Source of the DNA: Candidatus Muiribacteriota bacterium
GTDB taxonomy: Bacteria > Muiribacteriota > Muiribacteriia > Muiribacteriales > Muiribacteriaceae
Length of the DNA stretch: 64,000 nt
Assembly: GCA_051747805.1 (NCBI GenBank)
Contig: JBNJGP010000001.1
Coordinates: 5,281-69,280 of the forward strand
Reading direction: 5' to 3'
Below, in pieces: positions 10,699 to 19,283 of this stretch. The translations under genes and the position numbers were made by a program. Positions within the stretch are counted from its first letter, which is position 1. Each line of letters opens with the position of its first letter. The notes under the pieces are model-generated. The model searched no databases and had not been told where the DNA came from. It saw only the letters and a program-made list of their open reading frames with translations.

Positions 10699-12411
10699 AT
10701 GATTAGAAAAACTAAAATTTTCCTTTTGTTTTTACTTGTTTTTTCATTTACTTTTTTTGCATATGAGTATGATCAGGGAGTTACTGTTGAAGGAAATGAC
10801 GTTTATTTTAGATTCTGGGCGCCAGGCAAACAGACCGTATCTGTTGTTGGTGATTTTAATGACTGGGACAAAGAAGCCAACCTTTTAGAACTTGATGGTA
10901 ATGGATATTGGAAAACTCATATTCAGCTTTCAAATGGTCAATATAGATATCAATACCTGATTAATGGTGAAAAGTATATTGGTGATCCATATGCTCGTGA
11001 GGTTGACTGGGACTTTCATGGTCCTAATGCTGTTTTAAGAGTTGGAGAACCTGAATTTGAATGGACTAATGATGATTTTCACATGGCTAATCAGAACGAT
11101 TTAATAATATATGAAATGCATATAGGTGATTTTTCTCCGGAAGGTACATTTAACGGTGCCAGGGAAAGAATACCATATCTTGCAGAGCTTGGAATTAATG
11201 CTGTTAAAATAATGCCAATTAAAGAATTTCCAGGAGATATTTCATGGGGATACAATCCGGCATATTATTTTGCGCCTGAAAACGCTTATGGTACACCTAA
11301 TGAATTAAAAGCTTTGATAAATGAACTTCATAATAACGGTATAGGAGTAATTCTTGATAATGTATTTAATCACTGTTCACATGACCACCCTTTTAATCAT
11401 CTTTACAATTATCATTCAAATCCATACTTTAATAATGTTGGTAATGAATGGGGAATGCCTAACTTTGATGTCTGGGCAGATGCGACAAAAAGACATGCCC
11501 GCGATGTTGTCCATTACTGGGTGAGAGAGTTTAGAATTGACGGCTTCAGATATGATTATACAAGTGGTATTGGATATGATGGCACAGATGGTATGAGTTT
11601 TATTTCCTGGGAGGCAAGAATGGCTGGTAATGCCATGGGTAAATATATTTATCAAATTGCAGAAAATCTCCCAATGAACCCGCATATGACACATACAACT
11701 GAAATAGATGCTCAGTGGAATGATATTTTTCATCATCAGTTAAAGGCAAATCTTCGTGAGGGAAAGTATAAAGATGACTTTTACTTTGGAAATCTTAAAA
11801 GAACTATGCAGGGAATTGATTATGAACAGCTTGGTTATAATGATCACACTCAGGTAATTAATTTTACAGAAAATCATGATGAAGAGCGCGTAATATATGA
11901 GGCTATGACTAATCCTCATATTGATTATCATAAAGCTGTTAGAAAGGCAAAACTAGGCGCAGTTGCTCTATTTACTTCAGCCGGGGTGCCTATGATTTAT
12001 CATGGTCAGGAGTTTGGTATGGATAGTGCTAGAACACTTGATCCGAATAAGATTGATTGGGATAAGTTAAACGAAAGTTATCCCGGCAGTGAATTATATT
12101 CTCATTTTAGGGCACTTATAAATTTAAGGAAAAATCATATGGCTTTAAGACAGAATAATATTGAAGAGGTTTACAGATATAATAATGAAAACGTCTTAAT
12201 TTACAAAAGATGGGATAATCATGGTGATATAATAATAGTTGCTCTGAATTTCTCAGATCAGGATCAATGGGTTGATATACCTGTACCTCATGATGGAACA
12301 TGGCATGAATATTTATTTGATTATAAAGCAAACGCTTCTTCTGGAAAAATTGCCGATGAGCAAATACCGCGTTCTGGGGCTAAAATATTCAGCTTGAAAA
12401 AAACATGGTAG
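10699..12411 (+). CDS. Secreted GH13 alpha-amylase-family glycoside hydrolase with N-terminal CBM48/E-set domain
   Basis: Signal peptide. VYFRFWAPGKQTVSVVGDFNDWD (CBM48 as in branching/debranching enzymes). GH13 regions DGFRYD, ENHDE, VLDNVFNH. RBS GGGGGA. Confidence 0.8.
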   Translation: MIRKTKIFLLFLLVFSFTFFAYEYDQGVTVEGNDVYFRFWAPGKQTVSVVGDFNDWDKEANLLELDGNGYWKTHIQLSNGQYRYQYLINGEKYIGDPYAREVDWDFHGPNAVLRVGEPEFEWTNDDFHMANQNDLIIYEMHIGDFSPEGTFNGARERIPYLAELGINAVKIMPIKEFPGDISWGYNPAYYFAPENAYGTPNELKALINELHNNGIGVILDNVFNHCSHDHPFNHLYNYHSNPYFNNVGNEWGMPNFDVWADATKRHARDVVHYWVREFRIDGFRYDYTSGIGYDGTDGMSFISWEARMAGNAMGKYIYQIAENLPMNPHMTHTTEIDAQWNDIFHHQLKANLREGKYKDDFYFGNLKRTMQGIDYEQLGYNDHTQVINFTENHDEERVIYEAMTNPHIDYHKAVRKAKLGAVALFTSAGVPMIYHGQEFGMDSARTLDPNKIDWDKLNESYPGSELYSHFRALINLRKNHMALRQNNIEEVYRYNNENVLIYKRWDNHGDIIIVALNFSDQDQWVDIPVPHDGTWHEYLFDYKANASSGKIADEQIPRSGAKIFSLKKTW

Positions 12412-12467
12412 TTTGATAAAATATATTAATTAATGTATTAAATATAGTTGGCTTGGGGTATGTTTAG

Positions 12468-13277
12468 TTGTTAAAAAATAAAAAAGTTTTAGTTGTTGAC
12501 GATGAGAAAGATATTTTAAATATTATTGAGTTTTTCTTAAAAAAGCATGGTGCAAACGTGTTGAAGGCGCCTGATGCTTTTTCCGGTCTTGAATATATTT
12601 ATGATTCAGAAAATAAAATTGATATAGTTCTTCTTGATATTATGCTTCCAATACTTGATGGGTTTCAGGTGGCAAAAATTCTTAAAATGCAGAGGGATTA
12701 TAATAAACTGCCTATAATAATGCTTTCGGCCCTTGGGGAAAGTGAAAATATTAAAAAAGGGTTTCAGGTTGGTGCCGATGAATATATTGTCAAACCAGCT
12801 TCTGAAGAATTTATTGTAGATACAATTAAGAATGTTTTGAAAAAAAATGAAAAGCTTATAAACTCAGGAAGAATGTACAACATAAAATTCGAGCTTAAAA
12901 GTGATTTTTCATATATTAAAGAAATCAATGATATGGCCAAATGGATTTTCTCAAATACAGTTGCTCAGGAACAGATGGTGTCGGATTTGATTTATTCTTT
13001 GAATGAAATGTGTGCAAATGCTATTGAGCATGGAAATCGCAAACAGGTGGAAAAAAAGGTTTTTGTCGAATGTGATGTTTTTAAAAATAAAATTATTATT
13101 TCAATAAAAGATGAAGGAAAGGGATTTGATCCTGTTGATACATTAGATCGGCTTGAAAACGCCGATATGTTCAGGATGCGCGGTCGTGGAATGTTGATAA
13201 CCAGAAGTTTAATGGATGAAATTGAGTACAAGGAAAATGGAAAAAAAGTCGTAATGGTTAAAAAGTTTAATTCATAA
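12468..13277 (+). CDS. Response-regulator receiver fused to RsbW/SpoIIAB-like GHKL serine-kinase (anti-sigma factor-like) domain
   Basis: TTG start. REC: VLVVDDEKDIL...VLLDIMLPILDG...YIVKP. C-terminal HATPase_c_2: EMCANAIEHGNR (N-box), KDEGKGFD, GRGMLITRSLMDE (G-box). Confidence 0.75.
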   Translation: MLKNKKVLVVDDEKDILNIIEFFLKKHGANVLKAPDAFSGLEYIYDSENKIDIVLLDIMLPILDGFQVAKILKMQRDYNKLPIIMLSALGESENIKKGFQVGADEYIVKPASEEFIVDTIKNVLKKNEKLINSGRMYNIKFELKSDFSYIKEINDMAKWIFSNTVAQEQMVSDLIYSLNEMCANAIEHGNRKQVEKKVFVECDVFKNKIIISIKDEGKGFDPVDTLDRLENADMFRMRGRGMLITRSLMDEIEYKENGKKVVMVKKFNS

Positions 13278-13314
13278 AAAAAGGGGGCCGTTGAATTTGC
13301 CCCCCCTTTTTTTA
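13274..13314. terminator. Bidirectional rho-independent terminator between convergent genes
   Basis: AAAAAAAGGGGGCcgttgaatttGCCCCCCCTTTTTTT. GC stem flanked by an A-run and a T-run, 0-5 nt from both stop codons. Confidence 0.7.
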
Positions 13315-13322
13315 TTTCTGTT

Positions 13323-14567
13323 TTATTCTAATTCATGAACAATTAAACCGCTTCTTAATTTCGGTTCAAACCAGGTTGATTTAGGTGGCATAACTTCGTC
13401 AGCATCTGCAACATTCATTAGATCATTTATTGATGTAGGATACATTGAAAAACTTACTTTGAATTTATTATTCTTTACAATTCTTTCAAGTTCTTCAAGA
13501 CCTCTTATGCCTCCGATAAAATCAATTCTGTCGTCAGTTTTTGGATCACCAATGTTTAATACAGGTTTAAGAAGATTTTTATATAATATACTTACATCAA
13601 GTGAGTCTATTACATCAGCTTCATTAAAAGTATCTTTTATGGGGGTTAGTTTATACCATTTGTCTTCTAAAAACATTCCAAAAGTGTGTTTTTTTTCAGG
13701 TTTATATTTTTGATTTTGTTCCTCAATTGTGAAATTATTTGAAATTTCTTTAAGAAAGTCTTCGCTGCAAAGACCGTTTAAATCTTTAACTGCACGATTG
13801 TAATCCATAATATAGAGCTCATTGTGAGGAAAAATAATTGATAAAAACCAGTTATACTCTTCATTGCCTGTATGATCCGGGTTTGCCTGTCTCCTGCGGT
13901 CACCGGTTTTTGCGGCGGCAGCCGACCGGTGATGACCATCTGCAACATAAAGGGCTTCAACATCATTAAATTTTTCAATAAGTTTTTTTAGAATATCTCT
14001 GTCGTTAATTTTATAAAATTTATGCTCTATTCCATCCTCTGTTTTAATATTATATACAGGAGAATATGAATTAATCCAGGAATCAATAATGTACTGTATT
14101 TCCCGGTTTTGTTTATACGTTAAAAAAACCGGCCCTGTATTAGCGTTGACTGTGTCCACATGTTTAATTCTATCTTCTTCTTTGGCGGTTCTTGTATGCT
14201 CGTGTTTTTTTATTCTGTTTTCAAGATAATCATCTATATGACAACATACAACAAGCCCTTTCTGATATATATCTCCCATTTTTTCAGTATAAATATATAA
14301 TGAATCTTCCTTTTCCTTTATTAGAATATTATTTTTTTTTAAATTCTCATAATTTTCTTTCCCTTTTTTATAAACCTCATCTGAATATAAATCATTTCCT
14401 GCCGGTAAATCAATTTCGGGTTTTGAAACATGTAAAAAACTGTAATCATTTCCAGAAGCAATTTCTCTGGCTTCTTCGGTGTTTACAACATCATAGGGGA
14501 AAGCAGCAACTTTTTGAGCATGTTCTTCTGCCGGTCTAACGCCTTTAAATGGCTTAATTCTAATCAT
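13323..14567 (-). CDS. DUF1015-family conserved hypothetical protein
   Basis: N-terminus MIRIKPFKGVRPAEEHAQKVAAFPYDVV and ~410 aa length match the DUF1015 pattern. Internal ADGHHRSAAA motif. Confidence 0.55.
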   Translation of the reverse strand: MIRIKPFKGVRPAEEHAQKVAAFPYDVVNTEEAREIASGNDYSFLHVSKPEIDLPAGNDLYSDEVYKKGKENYENLKKNNILIKEKEDSLYIYTEKMGDIYQKGLVVCCHIDDYLENRIKKHEHTRTAKEEDRIKHVDTVNANTGPVFLTYKQNREIQYIIDSWINSYSPVYNIKTEDGIEHKFYKINDRDILKKLIEKFNDVEALYVADGHHRSAAAAKTGDRRRQANPDHTGNEEYNWFLSIIFPHNELYIMDYNRAVKDLNGLCSEDFLKEISNNFTIEEQNQKYKPEKKHTFGMFLEDKWYKLTPIKDTFNEADVIDSLDVSILYKNLLKPVLNIGDPKTDDRIDFIGGIRGLEELERIVKNNKFKVSFSMYPTSINDLMNVADADEVMPPKSTWFEPKLRSGLIVHELE

Positions 14568-14726
14568 AATAAAACCTCCCAGTCTTTTTATATTTTTGGT
14601 AAACGTTTATCTGTAATTATCTATTTAAATTTAAATTTTAAAAAAGGTCAAGTAAAAATAAAGCAATTCATAATGGAAACAGTATTTTCTGATAAATTTA
14701 GAATTGCCTGTAAAAATAGAAGTGTT

Positions 14727-16115
14727 TTAAAGTGATTCTTTTAATGATTTTAGTTTTGTTGTTTCTGGAAGATTTTTTGTAAGGTCGTCAAATATTGATG
14801 AGAAAAATTCAATTTTACCCTGTTTTTGATAAATATCATGAAGTTTTATTATATATGCCTCTTTTTCAAGAGGGGTTTTAGACAGGCTAATTAGTTTCTC
14901 AACATAAAACAGGGTTTTATTTAAATCTTTATTTTTATAAAAGTTAAAACCCATATTTAAAGTTTCAATATCATTTAAGGCAAAAACTCTTTCAAATTGA
15001 AGAGCTTTTTTAACGTCTGTTTCTTTATAAAGAGAAAGTAATGTTTCATTAATTTTATTAGAGTTAAGATAAAGCAGTTTTTTTCCTATTTTAACTGCAG
15101 TATCTAATTCCCCGCTTTTTTTTAAACCAGTTATAAGTTGTATATATTCATCTATATTATCTGCAGAATATTCACTCATTTCAAAAAATGAAGAGGCGGC
15201 CCCGGTAAAATTTTTTTCTCTTAAATTAGATTTGAACTCAAAATAGTTTTTAATAATTTCAGAGTTTATTTTACTGTAATCTATTTTGTCCTGTTTTGTT
15301 TCTTCATTTTTTAAAAAAGAAAAAACTCTGCCTTTTTTATCATTAGTTATATTATTATAAGCGAAAATATCTTTCTGTATGTTATGAAAATGAAAGTTAG
15401 ATAAAAAAATAATTGTGAGTAATATAAAAATTGAAATGATAGATATAAAAGTATATTTCTGGTTTTTTTCGATTTTTTTTATAGTTTTCAGTAAAAAATA
15501 TTTATCAGAATTTTTATTTTCAGTTTTTTGAACAGAATCAAATTCTGAAGCAACAGGGCTATCTATAAGTTCTTCAATATTTTTATGGGAATTAATAATA
15601 TTTTTAACACTTTCATAAGCGCTTTCTTTTATCTGCTGGTCATCGGAGTATAAAAACACATTAAAATCATTTGATATAATGTTGTTAATGATAAGGTAAT
15701 AAGAATTCCAGGCGTTAATTTTTATTAACTGATTACCGCTTTCGGTTAGAGGTTTTATTAAATTTAATATATCAGGATTTGAACATTTTCTGATAGATTT
15801 TAAGGTGTTCAGCTTAATATCATTATCCCGATGATATAATAATTTTTTAAGAGAATCTTTAATTTTGACAAAAGGAAGCTCGTTAATCAGGGTTATAATA
15901 AAGTTTCTAATTTCTGTGTTAAAGAGACTGAAATTTTTTAACAGATTATTTAAAGCACTGTAGTCTTCAAGAATTCTAATATATTCAAGAAACTTAATTT
16001 TATCCTGATTTGTAATATTTTCATTCTGTAAAAATTCTACAGCATTATTTTTATTTATAAAAACGTTTTTCCCCTTTTTATAAAGGAGTTTGTCGTTTAA
16101 ATATTTTTCAATCAT
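14727..16115 (-). CDS. Membrane protein: cytoplasmic HEAT/PBS-like repeats, single TM, periplasmic TPR-like helical domain
   Basis: Repeats around LKKLLYHRDNDIKLNTLKSIRKCSNPDILNLIK. TM segment YTFISIISIFILLTIIFLSNF. C-terminal half is helical-repeat-like. Start overlaps the upstream small ORF (ATGA). Confidence 0.5.
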   Translation of the reverse strand: MIEKYLNDKLLYKKGKNVFINKNNAVEFLQNENITNQDKIKFLEYIRILEDYSALNNLLKNFSLFNTEIRNFIITLINELPFVKIKDSLKKLLYHRDNDIKLNTLKSIRKCSNPDILNLIKPLTESGNQLIKINAWNSYYLIINNIISNDFNVFLYSDDQQIKESAYESVKNIINSHKNIEELIDSPVASEFDSVQKTENKNSDKYFLLKTIKKIEKNQKYTFISIISIFILLTIIFLSNFHFHNIQKDIFAYNNITNDKKGRVFSFLKNEETKQDKIDYSKINSEIIKNYFEFKSNLREKNFTGAASSFFEMSEYSADNIDEYIQLITGLKKSGELDTAVKIGKKLLYLNSNKINETLLSLYKETDVKKALQFERVFALNDIETLNMGFNFYKNKDLNKTLFYVEKLISLSKTPLEKEAYIIKLHDIYQKQGKIEFFSSIFDDLTKNLPETTKLKSLKESL

Positions 16116-16300
16116 TTTTTCTTTTTATCAGATTTTTTTTTAGGTTGATTATTGTTTTTCATTTCTTCTCTTAATTCTTCAAGAACTTTTAGATTATATT
16201 TAACCTCGTTTTTATTTATGATGTTCATATCGTTCATTTTTTTAAAAATATTGTCAAGATTTTCGGCCAGTTCATAGTTTATAAATTCTTTGTAATCCAT
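16112..16300 (-). CDS. Small (62 aa) protein with Lys-rich C-terminal tail, translationally coupled to the downstream membrane protein
   Basis: MDYKEFINYELAENLDNIFKK...KKKSDKKKK. 4-nt ATGA overlap with the next gene. Divergent from the REC-STAS gene. Confidence 0.4.
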   Translation of the reverse strand: MDYKEFINYELAENLDNIFKKMNDMNIINKNEVKYNLKVLEELREEMKNNNQPKKKSDKKKK

Positions 16301-16415
16301 ATTAAAGCTCCTTCCTGTAATTTTTTTGATTTTGTATTTTTGTTTAATCTAACATAAACTTGAAATTAAATCAATTATACGATACTCTTAAAAAAAAATT
16401 CAAGGTATTTCAAGT

Positions 16416-17786
16416 ATGATATTAAAATTAGTAGATGAATTAAAAGAAGAAGATGTTTTAGCCAAGGAAGTAACTCAGCGTGATTCAATTTTATATAAGT
16501 CTGGTAAAGTAATTTCTGAGGACGTTATAAAAAAAATAAAATCACTTGGGATTGGGTTCGTTTATATTGAAGGAAAACCCGGGAAAGATGAGTTAATAAG
16601 ACAGTATAAAATTGAGTTAGAAAATTCACTGCAGACTTCTATTTCCGATGATGAGAAAATCACTTTTTTAATTAAAGAGAAAGTTTCAGCAGAGGATATT
16701 TTTTCTTTTTATGAAAAAATTAATGATATTAATGTAAAAAAAAATTATATTGATTATTGTTTTAAGGATTTTTCAGACAATATATTTAATTTCTTTTTAA
16801 AAAAAATACGGCATGGAATTGAACCTGAAATTGTCTTATATATACTGGATTATCTGGAAAAAAACATAAAGAATATTAATGCTGAAAGTATTATCACTCT
16901 TTATAAAAATTCTAATGCTGAAGTTGTTGAAAAGGTTAAAAATATTCTAAAAAACAATTATTCATTAAGACAGCTTTATGATTTAAAAAAAAGACTTGAG
17001 CTTAAAAACGAGAAGTACGATTTTTTTGACAAAGATGTAAACTTTAACCTTATGCCTCATAAATCTTTCTGGGATATTAGAATTATGGTAGTTTCAAAAA
17101 ATACTGTTGAGCATAATATATTAAAGAGCTATCTTGAAAACCTTGAAATGAACGTAAAGTATTGCGAACCAGATAAAGCCTATGATTTAATTTCCAGTTT
17201 TGATCCTTACATTATCTTTTTTGATTTTGACAGAATTAAAAATCCTTTGAATAAATTTCTATCTGTTTCAAATGAGTTTTATAAAAAGATTTTTTTTATC
17301 ATCAGTTCGAGTGCAGATATCAAACTTTTAAAAAAAACTATGAGGGCCGGGGCAGATTATTTTTTAAAAAAGCCATACTCGCTTCCAAAAATTCAGACTT
17401 ATCTTTCAAAGGCTGTAAAAAATGGCAAGCTGATAGAGCAGCTGGATTTATCTAATAATTTGCTTAAAGTTGATATTAGATATTTTGGTTATAAAATCAA
17501 GAAATTTGACTTTTATGGTGAGTTATCTGCTATGACAACAGATGAAATTAATGAACCTGTTTTAAATAATATTCAAATTGATAAATTTTATTTTTTTGAT
17601 ATGCAAAACTTAGACAGTATTGATATGTCGGGAGTAAGATTTCTTTTAAAAGTAAAAGATGTTGTTAAACAGAAAACAGCCGAGCTGTATCTGCTGAACT
17701 GTTCAGATAAAATTCTTGAACAAATGGGAAATTACAGTAATCATGTTAATATTGTAGAATCCTGGGAAAAGGCAATATGGGTTTAA
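16416..17786 (+). CDS. Multidomain signalling protein: N-terminal helical region, receiver-like domain, C-terminal STAS (anti-sigma-factor-antagonist) domain
   Basis: REC-like: IRIMVVSKNTVEH...YIIFFDFD...YFLKKP. STAS: FFDMQNLDSIDMSGVRFLLKVKD...LYLLNCSDKILEQMG (SpoIIAA-like DxSxxxxDSSG region, here DMSG). Confidence 0.65.
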   Translation: MILKLVDELKEEDVLAKEVTQRDSILYKSGKVISEDVIKKIKSLGIGFVYIEGKPGKDELIRQYKIELENSLQTSISDDEKITFLIKEKVSAEDIFSFYEKINDINVKKNYIDYCFKDFSDNIFNFFLKKIRHGIEPEIVLYILDYLEKNIKNINAESIITLYKNSNAEVVEKVKNILKNNYSLRQLYDLKKRLELKNEKYDFFDKDVNFNLMPHKSFWDIRIMVVSKNTVEHNILKSYLENLEMNVKYCEPDKAYDLISSFDPYIIFFDFDRIKNPLNKFLSVSNEFYKKIFFIISSSADIKLLKKTMRAGADYFLKKPYSLPKIQTYLSKAVKNGKLIEQLDLSNNLLKVDIRYFGYKIKKFDFYGELSAMTTDEINEPVLNNIQIDKFYFFDMQNLDSIDMSGVRFLLKVKDVVKQKTAELYLLNCSDKILEQMGNYSNHVNIVESWEKAIWV

Positions 17787-18286
17787 TCCGGAATTTTTTA
17801 TTTAATTCTGATAAAGAGGGCTTAAAAAGAAGAAAGTCTGAAAAAATAATTAACAGACATAATAATAAAATATTAAAAAGAAATTTTAATTTTAATGCCG
17901 AAGATATCCTGATATTAATGCCGCACTGTGTTCAGTATAAACTTTGTAAAATACGTATTACTTTTAATCCTGAAAATTGTAATCACTGTGGACAATGTGA
18001 TGTTGGAAAACTGGTAAATTATTGTAAAAATAATAATCTTAAACTTGCAATTGCAACAGGCGGTACACTTGCAAGACGTATTATCAGAGAAATAAAACCT
18101 TCCGCAGTTGTTGCGGTTGCATGTCATCGCGATCTCTTATCCGGACTGAAAGAAATAAAAAAAATACCTGTTATTGGAATCTTAAATCAGATTGGAGAAG
18201 ATGGTCCCTGTGTTTCAACAGGATTTGATTTGAAAGAAATAAAAAAGGTTGTTAATTTCTTTCAGGGTTTTGACAAAAAAAATTAA
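17777..18286 (+). CDS. Cys-rich conserved hypothetical protein (DUF116-like)
   Basis: CVQYKLCKIRITFNPENCNHCGQCDVGKL...IATGGTLARRI. Overlaps the upstream gene by 10 nt. The family assignment comes from memory of the motif pattern only. Confidence 0.4.
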   Translation: MGLIRNFLFNSDKEGLKRRKSEKIINRHNNKILKRNFNFNAEDILILMPHCVQYKLCKIRITFNPENCNHCGQCDVGKLVNYCKNNNLKLAIATGGTLARRIIREIKPSAVVAVACHRDLLSGLKEIKKIPVIGILNQIGEDGPCVSTGFDLKEIKKVVNFFQGFDKKN

Positions 18287-18314
18287 AAAATATATCATTT
18301 CTTCGAGGTCAATA

Positions 18315-19283
18315 ATGAAAAAGAAAAAAGACGGAAGTATATTTACTGCTATTTTATATATTATTACATTTGTGGTTCTGGTAAGAGGCATGTTTGTCGG
18401 AACTATTTATGTTATTGAGGATTTTTTTAACGAGGGGCAGGTTCGAGTTCCGGATTTTGTAGGAATGTCTCTTAATGATGCTATGGAACTGGCCCCCAGA
18501 TATAAACTGCGTCTTGAAGTTAAGGGTGAAGCCCATGATGAGCATCTTGAAAAAAATTATATTATTAAACAGGATCCTATTAGTAATTTTTCTGTAAAAA
18601 AAGGGCGCACAATTGAGTTTATAATAAGCAAAGGGAAAAAAGAAAGTATAACTCCCAATCTCAGGGGGATTTCTGTCAGAGAAGCAGAAAGAGTAATTCT
18701 TCAGAATAACTTTTCTATTGGACGTAAAAGCTACGTTTATTCTGATGAACCAGAGGGGGTTATTGTTTCTCAACAGCCTCTGGCTGGCATAAATTATAGA
18801 GAGGGGCAGTTTATAAGTATGCTTGTTTCCAAAGGTGATAAAACTGAGTATGTAATTCTTCCCGAATTTATCGGGGGGAATTATAATAATGTCAAAGATA
18901 CAATTAGAATGATGGGGCTTGAAGTTGGAAACATAAAATACGATTTTGCAGATGAAAAAGAACCCGGCGAAATAATTGATCAACAGCCAGCTTCTGGAAC
19001 CAGACTTGAAAAAGGGGCAGAAATAAACTTGAGAGTGAACCGGAATCGAACCACCAGCCGACAGGAAACCAAGAGAAAAACGGTGAATTTTGAATATGAA
19101 ATTCCAGACGGAAGAGGAGAAAAAGAGCTTAAAGTTATATTGATTGATGACCTCGGCATCAGAGAGGTTCACAGAAGCACATACTCTCCGGAAGCAAGAG
19201 CTTCTTTTACTTTGCATGGCAGCGGAAGAATGAAAGCTTTAATTTATATAGACAATTTAAAAGTCGATGAGAGAGAATATTGA
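18315..19283 (+). CDS. Membrane-anchored PASTA-domain protein (N-terminal TM plus three PASTA repeats)
   Basis: ATG at 18315 (MKKKKDGS) followed by TM FTAILYIITFVVLV. Three repeats of the pattern VPDFVGMS..A...L / ITPNLRGIS..EA / ILPEFIGGNY..V, each ending in xSKG/RVN. Also IIDQQPASG. Confidence 0.75.
   Translation: MKKKKDGSIFTAILYIITFVVLVRGMFVGTIYVIEDFFNEGQVRVPDFVGMSLNDAMELAPRYKLRLEVKGEAHDEHLEKNYIIKQDPISNFSVKKGRTIEFIISKGKKESITPNLRGISVREAERVILQNNFSIGRKSYVYSDEPEGVIVSQQPLAGINYREGQFISMLVSKGDKTEYVILPEFIGGNYNNVKDTIRMMGLEVGNIKYDFADEKEPGEIIDQQPASGTRLEKGAEINLRVNRNRTTSRQETKRKTVNFEYEIPDGRGEKELKVILIDDLGIREVHRSTYSPEARASFTLHGSGRMKALIYIDNLKVDEREY

Noticed and set aside
14192-14735. 115-aa and 73-aa plus-strand ORFs around the DUF1015 gene
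   Set aside because: The first is antisense to DUF1015. The second spans the promoter/terminator gap and has no RBS or recognisable fold.
16301-16415. Divergent promoter elements between the 62-aa gene and the REC-STAS gene
   Set aside because: TTGAAA and several TATA-like hexamers are present, but in this AT-rich context no -35/-10 pair with 16-18 nt spacing could be assigned confidently.
18354-19217. 287-aa minus-strand ORF opposite the PASTA gene
   Set aside because: It lies entirely antisense to a well-supported CDS and is low-complexity and F/I/K-rich, as expected from the reverse complement of AT-rich coding sequence. It has no RBS.
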